Assembly (NCBI GenBank): GCA_037447435.1
Contig: JBBIGR010000029.1
Span: 1 to 63,803 of the forward strand
Source of the DNA: Fibrobacteria bacterium
GTDB taxonomy: Bacteria; Fibrobacterota; Chitinivibrionia; Chitinivibrionales; FEN-1185
DNA: 63,803 bases
Reading direction: 5' to 3'
A program made the position numbers and the translations under genes. The first letter of the stretch is position 1, and every line of letters starts with the position of its first letter. Below are positions 18,271 through 27,760 of this stretch, piece after piece. The notes beneath the pieces are model-generated. The model was not told where the DNA came from. It searched no databases and worked only from the letters and a program-made list of their open reading frames with translations.

Positions 18271-19533
18271 ATGGTTAATTTGACATTCAAGAGTCCGGAG
18301 GAATTAAAAGCGCTCATCGGCGACAGGCCCGTTTACTTATGGGGCGCCTCGATTGTCGGTTTCGGCATATGCCGTTCGCTCGAGCGAAACGACATCATCC
18401 CCAAAGGCTTTCTGGACATAAGCAAGCGATTGCAAAAAACAAGTTCGCTCGGATATCCGGTGTTTGTACCGTCCGATATTCTCGACGCCGCGCAAACGAT
18501 TAAGCCGTTTATCGTGATTACGTCGGGGCATTACGAAGATGAAATCACGCAGACCTGTACAAAAGCAGGGCTGTTGGCCGGGGCCGATTTTATTTCGGCC
18601 CGCTCTATTTGTCCGCTCGATCCGAGTGTCGACATTTCGGGAATATGCAATCTGCATTGCATGTCGTGCCCGCGGGGAAACATGTCGCAACAGCCGCCTA
18701 AAGGTTTCATGAAACCCGATGTGTATGCGCAAGTGCTTAAAAAATTGCTGGGGGAATTGCCGTTTATCGGTAACGTGCAGCTTTACGCTTGGGGAGAGCC
18801 GTTTTTGAATCCGGATGTCGCGGAAATCATACGAATGACCGTGGATCATCGCGTGCTGTGCGCCATTTCCACAAATTTAAATATTAGAAAAGATTTTTCG
18901 GAAGCAATCAAGGCCCGGCCCGACTGGATAAAGGTGTCGGTTTCCGGCTACGGCAAGAATTACGAGGAAACGCATACCGGCGGAAGCTGGCCGCTCTTGC
19001 TGGAAAATTTGCATAAGCTCAAACAATACAAAGACGCCTACAATCCGGACATGTATGTCGAGATAAATTATCATTTATATAAAAGAAACACCGGCGACGA
19101 ATTCGATAAAATGAAAGAACTGAGCGAAACGCTGGGTTTTGCGTTCAGGCCCAATCCCGCGTATCTGTATTCGCTCGACAACCTGCTTGCGTACCGGCAG
19201 GGGAAGGAGCTTTCTTCACAGGCGAATAAAACGCTCGACATGCTTTTATTGCCCATCGACGAAGGCATAGCCAGGGCCGAAAAACAAAAGCATTTGCCCT
19301 GCGCCGAGGAACGTTGCTTTCCCATTAACTGGAATTTGAACGTTCGATTTTGCGGGGCATATTTTGAGCCCGTCATCGTCGATAATTTTTTGGAAACGCC
19401 GCTTTCCGAAATCATTCGTTTGCGCAATGCAAGCCCGTTTTGCGGCGTATGCAAATCGAACGCATTGCACCGGTTTACCAGCGTGTATGTCGAAGAAAAG
19501 AGAGAAGCCAATGGCGCAGATACAAAACAATAA
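18271..19533 (+). CDS. Radical SAM protein, paralogue 5
   Basis: YLWGAS, CNLHCMSC, YAWGEP, HTGGSW, CGVCKSNALHR. Confidence 0.9.
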   Translation: MVNLTFKSPEELKALIGDRPVYLWGASIVGFGICRSLERNDIIPKGFLDISKRLQKTSSLGYPVFVPSDILDAAQTIKPFIVITSGHYEDEITQTCTKAGLLAGADFISARSICPLDPSVDISGICNLHCMSCPRGNMSQQPPKGFMKPDVYAQVLKKLLGELPFIGNVQLYAWGEPFLNPDVAEIIRMTVDHRVLCAISTNLNIRKDFSEAIKARPDWIKVSVSGYGKNYEETHTGGSWPLLLENLHKLKQYKDAYNPDMYVEINYHLYKRNTGDEFDKMKELSETLGFAFRPNPAYLYSLDNLLAYRQGKELSSQANKTLDMLLLPIDEGIARAEKQKHLPCAEERCFPINWNLNVRFCGAYFEPVIVDNFLETPLSEIIRLRNASPFCGVCKSNALHRFTSVYVEEKREANGADTKQ

Positions 19534-20788
19534 GGTCAATACCCTGCAGATCATTCAGGATGCGGTATCGAGCAGGGCCTTATACATTTGGGGTGCGGGA
19601 AACCAGGGAAGAGGGTTGTGCCACGCGCTTATCCGCCAAGGAATTAAACCGTTCGGCTTTATAGATAAAAGCGCCGAAATGCAAAAAATGGAGCCGTTGG
19701 GAGTGCGGGTGTTTTCGCCGGATTCCGTTTTGTCGGCAATAACAAATGATGCCAAACCGTTTATTATAATCGCTTCGTTTTTCTTTGAAAACGAAATAGC
19801 CCAACAATGCAACAAGGCCGGCCTCGAACAATTTACGGATTATATTCCCTATACCGAAATAAAACCTTTCGATTATGCGGTGGATATTTCAGGTACCTGT
19901 AATCTGAGATGCATGTCGTGCCCTCGGGCGCAGCGCAGCGAATCCCGTCCCAAAGAGGGATTCATGACGTATGAAACGTTCACCCGCGTGCTCGATAAAA
20001 TAATCGTCGAAGATCCGTTCGCCGGAAGCGTACAACTGTATCAATGGGGCGAGCCATTGCTCAACGAAAATGTCGCGGCGATGATCGCCTATGCAAACGG
20101 CAAAGGGATTCAATGCGCGGTGTCGAGCAATCTCAACAGCAACAAAAACCTCGAAGCGGCTGTCAAGGCGCAGCCGAGCTGGTTCAGGATTTCGGTATCG
20201 GGTGTCGGCGCACAATACGAAAAAACCCATACCGGCGGGTCGTGGGAAAAATTCCGCAGCAATTTTTCCCTTTTGTCCAAACTGCGAAAACAATATAATC
20301 CGACCATGAAAACGGAAGTGTATTATCATCTCTATAAACACAATCAGGGTGAGGATCTCCAAACGGTCGCAACCATGTGCAAAGAAGCGGGGTTTGAATT
20401 TCATCCGGTGTTCGCCTATGTCATTTCACTCGACGACGTCCTTGCGCATCTGGAAGGCGCCGCGCTTCCCAAAGAAGCGGCCGAGGTTGCCGGCATGCTC
20501 GCCTTAAGCCTCGATGAGGGTATGGCGATTGCGAAAGCGGAACGGGAGAAGGAATGCCAGACACTCCGATGCATACATGTCAACTGGGACCTGTCGGTAA
20601 GCGGTTGCATGATGTTTTATTATGCGCAGAACAACAGGGCCGCCGATAATTTTCTCGCGACACCGCTTTCGACTATTGTCGATAAAAGAAATTCCAATGC
20701 GCTGTGCCCCCGGTGCAAGAAACAGGGATTACATCGATACTGCAGCGTGTATGCGACAAAAAAAACGCCCGTATCGTTCGAACCATGA
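19511..20788 (+). CDS. Radical SAM protein, paralogue 6
   Basis: YIWGAG, CNLRCMSC, YQWGEP, HTGGSW, CPRCKKQGLHR. Confidence 0.9.
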   Translation: MAQIQNNKVNTLQIIQDAVSSRALYIWGAGNQGRGLCHALIRQGIKPFGFIDKSAEMQKMEPLGVRVFSPDSVLSAITNDAKPFIIIASFFFENEIAQQCNKAGLEQFTDYIPYTEIKPFDYAVDISGTCNLRCMSCPRAQRSESRPKEGFMTYETFTRVLDKIIVEDPFAGSVQLYQWGEPLLNENVAAMIAYANGKGIQCAVSSNLNSNKNLEAAVKAQPSWFRISVSGVGAQYEKTHTGGSWEKFRSNFSLLSKLRKQYNPTMKTEVYYHLYKHNQGEDLQTVATMCKEAGFEFHPVFAYVISLDDVLAHLEGAALPKEAAEVAGMLALSLDEGMAIAKAEREKECQTLRCIHVNWDLSVSGCMMFYYAQNNRAADNFLATPLSTIVDKRNSNALCPRCKKQGLHRYCSVYATKKTPVSFEP

Positions 20789-22284
20789 ACATAGTACATA
20801 TTACCCCGCATTTAGGCGGCGGCGTGGGCCGCGTACTGCTCAGCTGGTGTACAAAAGCGAAAGTACTGTACCCCAAAACGCTCCATTCCATCCTGAGCCT
20901 CGAAGATGCAAATGATGCGGCAAAGCAATGGGCCGCGAAGGAAGGCATCCCGCTTGCGGATGAAATCGGACAAAAACCCCAAACGATGTTTGCGTCGATC
21001 GAAACGGCCGACATCGTGGTCGTCCATTGGTGGAACCATCCGTTGCTGTATAAACTATTTGTCAATATACCTTTGCCGCGATGCCGGCTTATCGTGTGGT
21101 CACATGTTTCGGGCCATACCATGCCCCATATTTTCACGCAGCGCCTGATTCATTTTCCCGATTGTTTCGTCGTTTCCACGCCGTACAGTTTCGATGCGCA
21201 TGAAATTCGAACCCTGGACCAACAAACAAAACTCGAAAAGGTACGATTGGTTTTCACCTGTGCGGGCACCGAACGGGTGGAAACGGTCGAAAAAACCCCC
21301 CATGACGGTTTTAACGTCGGGTATGTGGGAACCGTTGATTATTGCAAACTCCATCCGCACTTTTTACGCATGAGCATGGCCGCCGGACTCCGTGACGCGC
21401 ATTTCATCGTTTGCGGGGGCGAAAAGCAGGACGAGATCCGCGCCGAAGCGACGAAATTGGGAATAGGCGGGCATTTCGAATTTACTGGCAAGGTTTCAAA
21501 CGTCAACTCCTACCTGAGCGTTTTCGACGTTTTCGGGTATCCTCTTTGCAAAGAGCATTACGGCACCGGCGAGCAGGCGCTTATCGAGGCAATGGCCGTG
21601 GGTCTGCCGGTGGTGGTGTTCGACAACGGCAGCGAACGCGCCCTTGTCGAACATGAAAAAACCGGTTTGGTCGTCGGTTCCGAAATGGAATATTCGGCGG
21701 CGTTGCAACGATTACAAAACGACAACGCGTTCAGAAAAAAACTGGGATCGCAGGCGAAACAGACCGCGAGGCAGCGATTTTCCTTGGATACGATGGTCAG
21801 TTCATGGGAAAATGTTTTCCGCGAAATTTTCCAAAATGCCAAAACCGGTCACCAGTGGAACAATGGTGCACCCATTGATGACGGTGCTCAATTATTCGTT
21901 GAATCCCTCGGAATTGCCGGCGGGCTTTTCAAAAAAAGCATGCAACCCAAGCAAGAACCTCTTTGCATCGAGGCCGATGGGGAAATTTCGAAACTGGGCG
22001 GGTCGTTTCGCTCGCAAACCCGCGGCAGTACATTTCATTATCGATCTTTTTTTCCCGATAATGCATACTTAAACATGTGGTGCGGTTGCATCGAAATGTC
22101 TCAGCGGCAATTCGAAAAAGCATTGCTTTCTTTTATCGCGGCCAAAAGTCTTGGACAGTGGCGCGTCGCATGTTATGCAGGTTGCGCGTTGCAAGCGCTC
22201 GGACGCGGCGACGAAGCCGCGTGGTATTTCTCATTGGCAAAGCAACTGGGCCAAACCGCGGAAATCGGCGATTTGTTTAAGTAA
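20785..22284 (+). CDS. GT4 (GT-B) glycosyltransferase with TPR-like C-terminus
   Basis: HITPHLGGGVG, EQALIEAMAVGLPVV, TGLVV; C-terminal helices FEKALLSF and GCALQALGRGDEA. Confidence 0.88.
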   Translation: MNIVHITPHLGGGVGRVLLSWCTKAKVLYPKTLHSILSLEDANDAAKQWAAKEGIPLADEIGQKPQTMFASIETADIVVVHWWNHPLLYKLFVNIPLPRCRLIVWSHVSGHTMPHIFTQRLIHFPDCFVVSTPYSFDAHEIRTLDQQTKLEKVRLVFTCAGTERVETVEKTPHDGFNVGYVGTVDYCKLHPHFLRMSMAAGLRDAHFIVCGGEKQDEIRAEATKLGIGGHFEFTGKVSNVNSYLSVFDVFGYPLCKEHYGTGEQALIEAMAVGLPVVVFDNGSERALVEHEKTGLVVGSEMEYSAALQRLQNDNAFRKKLGSQAKQTARQRFSLDTMVSSWENVFREIFQNAKTGHQWNNGAPIDDGAQLFVESLGIAGGLFKKSMQPKQEPLCIEADGEISKLGGSFRSQTRGSTFHYRSFFPDNAYLNMWCGCIEMSQRQFEKALLSFIAAKSLGQWRVACYAGCALQALGRGDEAAWYFSLAKQLGQTAEIGDLFK

Positions 22285-22317
22285 ACGATATAAAAAGTGT
22301 GAAAAAGGATCCTTGTC

Positions 22318-23739
22318 ATGCGAATACTGTTGATTTCATCGTATACCTTGTCCGATGTTTCACGCGTGGACATCGCGCCGCCGCTATCGCTACTGTATAT
22401 ATCGGCCGCGTTGCGAAAGGGCGGACACGAGCCCATCCTTTGCGACCTGACGCCGCTTATCGTTCCGCACGGCATGGACCGCGAAACGTTTTACCACGAC
22501 CATATCATGAAAATGTTTTCCGACATTAAGCCCGATGCGGTGGGACAAAATTGCTTTTTGTCGGTACATTTCGGTTTTGTCAGGAAAATCGCCAAGTCGG
22601 TCAAGGCGATTTCGCCGGATATTCCGTTTATCATCGGCGGCATCCATCCGACCCTGTTCGCGCAGGATATTATCGCCCATTGCCCTGAAATAGATTTCAT
22701 CATCGTGGGAGAGGGCGAAAAACAATCGCTTATGCTGGTGAATGCGTTGGCGCAAAATAAACCGCGAAAATTCGATTCGATTCCGTCCATCGCGTTTCGG
22801 GATGAAAATAATACACCGGTACTGACCGCGCGAAGCGGCTACGAAGAACGGCTCGACGATTGCGCTCCGCCGGCATGGGATCTTGTGAATGTCAAAGCCT
22901 ATTATACCGACCATTCGAAATGGTATAACCCGAAAAACCTCGATATCAAAATGTCGGTTCCCATTCTCACGAGCCGAAGCTGTCCGTACGATTGCAATTT
23001 CTGTTCCGCCCATTCCATGATGGGTCGGGGTTTGCGAATGCATAGCCCGCAGCGCGTCGTGGATGAAATGGAACTGTTGTATAACGAATACGGCCTCAAC
23101 TATTTCGGCTTTGTCGACGATAATTTGACCCTGAACAAAAAGCACATTCTTGCCATTTGCGACGGCATAGTCAAACGGGGATTGAACATTCAATTCGAAT
23201 CGTTCAACGGGTATAACATCGCTTCCATGGACGAGGAAATCGTGAGCGCCATGTGCGCGGCAGGCTGCGTATACGTCATCATGCCGATCGAACACGGGTC
23301 CGATTACATGCGCAATAAAATCATCGGCAAGCATTTGCCGCGGGAAAAAATTTACAGCCTCGCGCAAATTTACAAAAAGCATAATCTGCTCACGCGCGGC
23401 GTTTTCATCATGGGTTTTCCCGAAGACACGAAAGAGACCTTGAACGACACCTACCGGATGATGCTGGATTTGCAGCTTGATTTATACAACGTTTTTACCC
23501 TTATTCCGTTTCCCGGCACAAAGGTATTTGATCAGGCGATGAGAGACAAGCTCCTTATCAATGAGGTTGCGAAAGAAAAATTATGGGAAGGAACGCTTGA
23601 ACTCAATGCCCTACATGCGCAGGTGTTTTTGAAACCGTACAACTTGTCGCTTGAAGAAATGGCGCAGTTCAGGGAAACGTTCGATGCCATGCGGATCTTT
23701 TCGGATCGTGCCAAAAAGCTCCAGGGAAAAAACGCATGA
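22318..23739 (+). CDS. Cobalamin-binding radical SAM protein (class B methyltransferase-like)
   Basis: PPLSLLYISA, GGIHPT, GEGE, TSRSCPYDCNFC, FVDDN, FIMGFP, PFPGT. Confidence 0.92.
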   Translation: MRILLISSYTLSDVSRVDIAPPLSLLYISAALRKGGHEPILCDLTPLIVPHGMDRETFYHDHIMKMFSDIKPDAVGQNCFLSVHFGFVRKIAKSVKAISPDIPFIIGGIHPTLFAQDIIAHCPEIDFIIVGEGEKQSLMLVNALAQNKPRKFDSIPSIAFRDENNTPVLTARSGYEERLDDCAPPAWDLVNVKAYYTDHSKWYNPKNLDIKMSVPILTSRSCPYDCNFCSAHSMMGRGLRMHSPQRVVDEMELLYNEYGLNYFGFVDDNLTLNKKHILAICDGIVKRGLNIQFESFNGYNIASMDEEIVSAMCAAGCVYVIMPIEHGSDYMRNKIIGKHLPREKIYSLAQIYKKHNLLTRGVFIMGFPEDTKETLNDTYRMMLDLQLDLYNVFTLIPFPGTKVFDQAMRDKLLINEVAKEKLWEGTLELNALHAQVFLKPYNLSLEEMAQFRETFDAMRIFSDRAKKLQGKNA

Positions 23740-24932
23740 GCAACCCAAACCCGGATCGCCGTAATTGCCCGCTGTGCGGAAAACAGGATAAGGTTACCAT
23801 TCTTAACTTGCGGTATTCGCTGTTCGACGATAATCCGCTCACCAGAGAATTCGCTTTGGTTGCGTGCGGGAATTGCGGTTTTGCCTATGCCGACACGCCG
23901 TCTCAAGAGGCCGAATTCGAAGCGTATTATGCGCAAAACGCCTACTACTTTACCGCTGTAACAACGGGTTCCGGCGGAAGCAGTGACGCCGATAAAAAGC
24001 GCTTTACCGAAACAGCCGACTGCATTGCCGCGCATGTAGGAAATAAAACCGTATCCGTTTTCGATATCGGAAGCGGAAAAGGCGGGCTTCTTGCGACATT
24101 AAGGGAAAAAGGCTTTTCACATGTTTACGCTATAGATCCTTTGAAGGCGTGCGTTGATTACATGGAAAAAAATCTGGCGATTCCCGCACAATGCGGAAAG
24201 GCGAACTGCCTTGGTTTTAAGAACATTGTTGCTGGTTGTTGCATATATTCGCATGTTTTGGAACATGTACTCGATCCCAGAGCGGTTTTGGAAGAAGCCT
24301 GGCGCAGGCTTGACGAACAAGGGTTGGTGTACGTCGAGGTTCCTAACGCATCGCAGTACGGCAGCAATACGAATGTCCCGTATGCCGAACTGTACGTGGA
24401 ACACATAAATCATTTCGATATGGCTCATTTAAAAAGCCTTTTGTCAGCCTGCGGATTTGCACCGATCGAAACGGGTAATAAACTCATTGATATCGGCGAA
24501 GGCGGACAAACCGCATGCCTGTACGGCGTTTTCGGAAAAGTGGCAAAAAAAGATACGGTACCGGCGTATAACGGGGATTTGTATGCTACTTTAAAAACCT
24601 ATGCGTCGCGATGCGAGGCAAGCCCGATGCACGAAAAAATCCGGGCCGCATGGGAAAGTTCTCAACCGTTGTATGTGTGGGGTCTGTCGCAATTCGGGCA
24701 ACTATTGCTTGGCCAGACAAATCTCGGAAAATGCAATATCAAAGCTTTTGTCGACGGCGATTCGTATAAGCAAACTAAGACCATCGGAAAAAAGGCCATT
24801 GTATCGCCGGAGGCTCTTCGCGATGCGACCGCCAGCGACGGTATTGTCCTTACGGGAATCAATTACCAAAAGCAGATGCGCGATTTTTTAAAACAAATCA
24901 ATTTTAAAGGTAAAGAAATTATTTTAGTGTGA
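23736..24932 (+). CDS. Class I SAM methyltransferase, sugar C-methyltransferase-like architecture
   Basis: CPLC...CGNCG zinc site, DIGSGKG, HVLEH, EVPN, EHINHF, C-terminal YVWG module. Confidence 0.85.
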   Translation: MSNPNPDRRNCPLCGKQDKVTILNLRYSLFDDNPLTREFALVACGNCGFAYADTPSQEAEFEAYYAQNAYYFTAVTTGSGGSSDADKKRFTETADCIAAHVGNKTVSVFDIGSGKGGLLATLREKGFSHVYAIDPLKACVDYMEKNLAIPAQCGKANCLGFKNIVAGCCIYSHVLEHVLDPRAVLEEAWRRLDEQGLVYVEVPNASQYGSNTNVPYAELYVEHINHFDMAHLKSLLSACGFAPIETGNKLIDIGEGGQTACLYGVFGKVAKKDTVPAYNGDLYATLKTYASRCEASPMHEKIRAAWESSQPLYVWGLSQFGQLLLGQTNLGKCNIKAFVDGDSYKQTKTIGKKAIVSPEALRDATASDGIVLTGINYQKQMRDFLKQINFKGKEIILV

Positions 24933-25062
24933 AATGAGCGCCACCAATTCACCCAAAATGGCGCAATAAGTTTAAAAAAAGATATATTAATATAATCACT
25001 CCAAGACCGGGCCAAAGTCCAAAAGAGCAATGGGTGTTGAATATTTCGGCGGAACGGATTTT

Positions 25063-25356
25063 ATGAAAAAGCTATCTGAAATAATTGAAATTTTACATAC
25101 ACACTCAGATGAAATGCGTAAACGTTATGGTATTGTAAACCTTGCGGTTTTTGGATCCGTAGCTCGAGGTGAGGCCACTGAGGGTAGCGATGTTGATGTG
25201 TTAGCCACTATCGAAAAATCAATAAGCTTATTGGATATTATTGATGCAGAATACTATCTCGGGGAATTGTTAGGTGCAAAAGTTGACCTTGTACCTGCAA
25301 GGAGTGTACGACCGGAGTTAAGAAAACAAATATTTAATGAGGCCGTGCCAGTATGA
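25063..25356 (+). CDS. MntA-like nucleotidyltransferase antitoxin
   Basis: FGSVARGEATEGSDVDVL, LGAKVDLV. Confidence 0.9.
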   Translation: MKKLSEIIEILHTHSDEMRKRYGIVNLAVFGSVARGEATEGSDVDVLATIEKSISLLDIIDAEYYLGELLGAKVDLVPARSVRPELRKQIFNEAVPV

Positions 25357-25697
25357 AACGTGATGTAACTCTCTACTTGGCGGATATTTTAGAGAACATG
25401 GACGATGCGGTTACTTTTATTGAAGCAATTTCATTTGATACTTTTGTAAATGACAAGAAAACAATAAATGCGGTCGTTCGATCACTGGAAATAATTGGTG
25501 AAGCATCGAAACATGTTCCTGAAGAAATAAGATTAAAGAAGCCAGATGTTCCCTGGAAAAACATGGCCGGATTGCGGGATAGATGCATTCACGGTTACAT
25601 CGGAATAGATTATGAAATGATATGGAATGTAATAAAAATCGATATTCCTAGAATCCGTTTATCAATCCAATCACTGCTCATTGAATTGCGAGGATAG
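25353..25697 (+). CDS. HepT-like (DUF86) ribonuclease toxin
   Basis: AVVRSLEIIGEA, PWKNMAGLRDRCIHGY (RX4HXY); ATGA overlap with the MNT gene. Confidence 0.92.
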   Translation: MKRDVTLYLADILENMDDAVTFIEAISFDTFVNDKKTINAVVRSLEIIGEASKHVPEEIRLKKPDVPWKNMAGLRDRCIHGYIGIDYEMIWNVIKIDIPRIRLSIQSLLIELRG

Positions 25698-25768
25698 CGT
25701 ATAATGCTACTCTTGCCCGTATCAATTCCGTAATAATTTATTTCTGTCTTAATGTTTGGAAAAAGGTA

Positions 25769-26974
25769 ATGAACATCACAACCAAACGTAAATGTCCCTT
25801 ATGCGGCAAAACCGGCGCAATACTTTACAAATCCATGAAAATCGCGGATTTTGACGGCGAAAACCCGTTATGCGATTTCTCGGTTGTCGGCTGCAACTGC
25901 GGGTTTATTTTCAACGATTTGGCCGCAACGCGCAGCGATATAGAAAATTTTTACAATAAGAACGAATTATATCCATCGGAAATGGGCGTTGGATCGGGCG
26001 GCTCTTCGATGCTCGATAAGGAACGCTATGCCGAGGCGCTTGAATTTATTGCCCCGTATTTACCGAAAGGCAAACAATCGGTTTTGGCCGATGTCGGCTG
26101 TGCAAAGGGCGGTTTTTTAAGCTATTTAAAGGACAACGGTTTTACCGATCTGGGTGCCGTTGATTTGAGCCCGGTCATGATAGAATCTATTGTAAATAAC
26201 ATCGGGATACGGGGAAATCAGGGTTCTGCGGATTCGCTCGGTTTGCCTTCCGAATCTGCGGAGGTTTTAGTGTACAGTAATATCCTGGAACATTTGTACG
26301 ATCTGGATCCGGTTGTCGTTGAAGCCAAGCGGGCGATTTCGAAAACCGGTATCGTTGTGGTCGAAGTGCCGGATGCGAGCAGGTACGCAGAATCGCGCAT
26401 TGCGGATTTTTACTGGTTCAGCCAATGCGAACATATAAATCATTTCGATGCGCATTCATTACAACGGCTTTTTAGCAAACACGGTTTTTCGCTTATAGCA
26501 ATACAGTCCACATTCATGCGTTTGGGCATAGAGGCGAAAATGCCGGTAATACGCGCGGTTTTTGCCTTCGGTGAAAATAACCGGATTTTGGAAATGAACC
26601 CGGGAAAAAACAAAGCGCTGACGGCATATATAGATCAGGAAGAGAAAAGCCTGTTTGGCCACAAACAGCAAATAAAATCGCTCAAAGAAAACAGGACCCC
26701 CGTTTATATTTGGGGCCGCGGCCTCGAGCTGCAATGCCTTTATTCGGAAGGGGGCTTGCGCGATTGTTTTATACGATGTATTATCGATAAGAACCCGGTA
26801 AAACAGGGACCGACCATAGACGGACTCATGGTTTCGTCGCCGTCATGCCTTGCAAACGCGGATGCGGGAACTGCCGTCGCAATCACGTCCGCGTTGCATC
26901 ATAAGAGTATGACCGAGCATTTGCAAACTATACAATATCCGGGCCAGATTGTGTATTTAGTGCCTATACTATAA
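25769..26974 (+). CDS. Class I SAM methyltransferase, paralogue of 23736-24932
   Basis: CPLC...CNCG, GSGGSS, DVGCAKG, NILEH, EVPD, EHINHFD, C-terminal YIWG module. Confidence 0.85.
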   Translation: MNITTKRKCPLCGKTGAILYKSMKIADFDGENPLCDFSVVGCNCGFIFNDLAATRSDIENFYNKNELYPSEMGVGSGGSSMLDKERYAEALEFIAPYLPKGKQSVLADVGCAKGGFLSYLKDNGFTDLGAVDLSPVMIESIVNNIGIRGNQGSADSLGLPSESAEVLVYSNILEHLYDLDPVVVEAKRAISKTGIVVVEVPDASRYAESRIADFYWFSQCEHINHFDAHSLQRLFSKHGFSLIAIQSTFMRLGIEAKMPVIRAVFAFGENNRILEMNPGKNKALTAYIDQEEKSLFGHKQQIKSLKENRTPVYIWGRGLELQCLYSEGGLRDCFIRCIIDKNPVKQGPTIDGLMVSSPSCLANADAGTAVAITSALHHKSMTEHLQTIQYPGQIVYLVPIL

Positions 26975-27013
26975 AGTACCTACGCTTTTTGCGACCTATT
27001 GAAAGGTTATTTC

Positions 27014-27748
27014 ATGGATCCAATTGCCGAATTTAAACAGGAATGCAAAGACCGCATTGCTTCGTATCCGTCCGATAAACCGTTGCAAGCGTCCGGAAAA
27101 AGCTTTTTGTCCGAAACGTTGCGAACGAAATACAGTTACAATTTTACCTGGATGGGACGGCCTATCATCCAATATCCGCAGGACATGGTGGCAATGCAGG
27201 AAATCATCTGGAAAGTAAAGCCTGATTGCATCATCGAAATCGGCATTGCGCACGGCGGATCGCTGATTTTTTCGGCGTCGATGCTTGAACTTTTGGGAAA
27301 CGATGGTCGCGTCATCGGGGTCGACGTTGACATACGCAAACACAACCGCGCGGAAATAGAAAAACACCCGATGTTCAAACGCATTTCCATGATCGAAGGG
27401 TCGAGTGTCGACGATGCCGTTGCCGCACAGGTGCGAAATCTTGCGAAAACGCATAAAACGATTCTGGTGAGCCTCGATTCCGACCATACGCATGCGCATG
27501 TTTTGCGCGAACTCCAATTGTATGCGCCGCTCGTCTCGGTCGGCAGTTATTGCGTGGTATTCGACGGTATCATCGAAGATATGCCCGACGGCTTTTATGC
27601 CGATCGCCGCTGGGGACCGGGCAACAATCCGAAAACGGCGGTTTGGGAATACATGAAGACCAACGATTCGTTTGAAATCGATACGGAAATCGAGGCTAAG
27701 CTCGTTGTCACGGCTGCGCCGTCGGGATATTTGAAACGGATAAAATGA
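27014..27748 (+). CDS. CmcI/cephalosporin hydroxylase family methyltransferase
   Basis: YSYNFTWMGRPIIQYPQD, IIEIGIAHGGS, LDSDHTHAHVLREL, WGPGNNPKTAV. Confidence 0.92.
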   Translation: MDPIAEFKQECKDRIASYPSDKPLQASGKSFLSETLRTKYSYNFTWMGRPIIQYPQDMVAMQEIIWKVKPDCIIEIGIAHGGSLIFSASMLELLGNDGRVIGVDVDIRKHNRAEIEKHPMFKRISMIEGSSVDDAVAAQVRNLAKTHKTILVSLDSDHTHAHVLRELQLYAPLVSVGSYCVVFDGIIEDMPDGFYADRRWGPGNNPKTAVWEYMKTNDSFEIDTEIEAKLVVTAAPSGYLKRIK

Positions 27749-27760
27749 AAAGGACTCACT

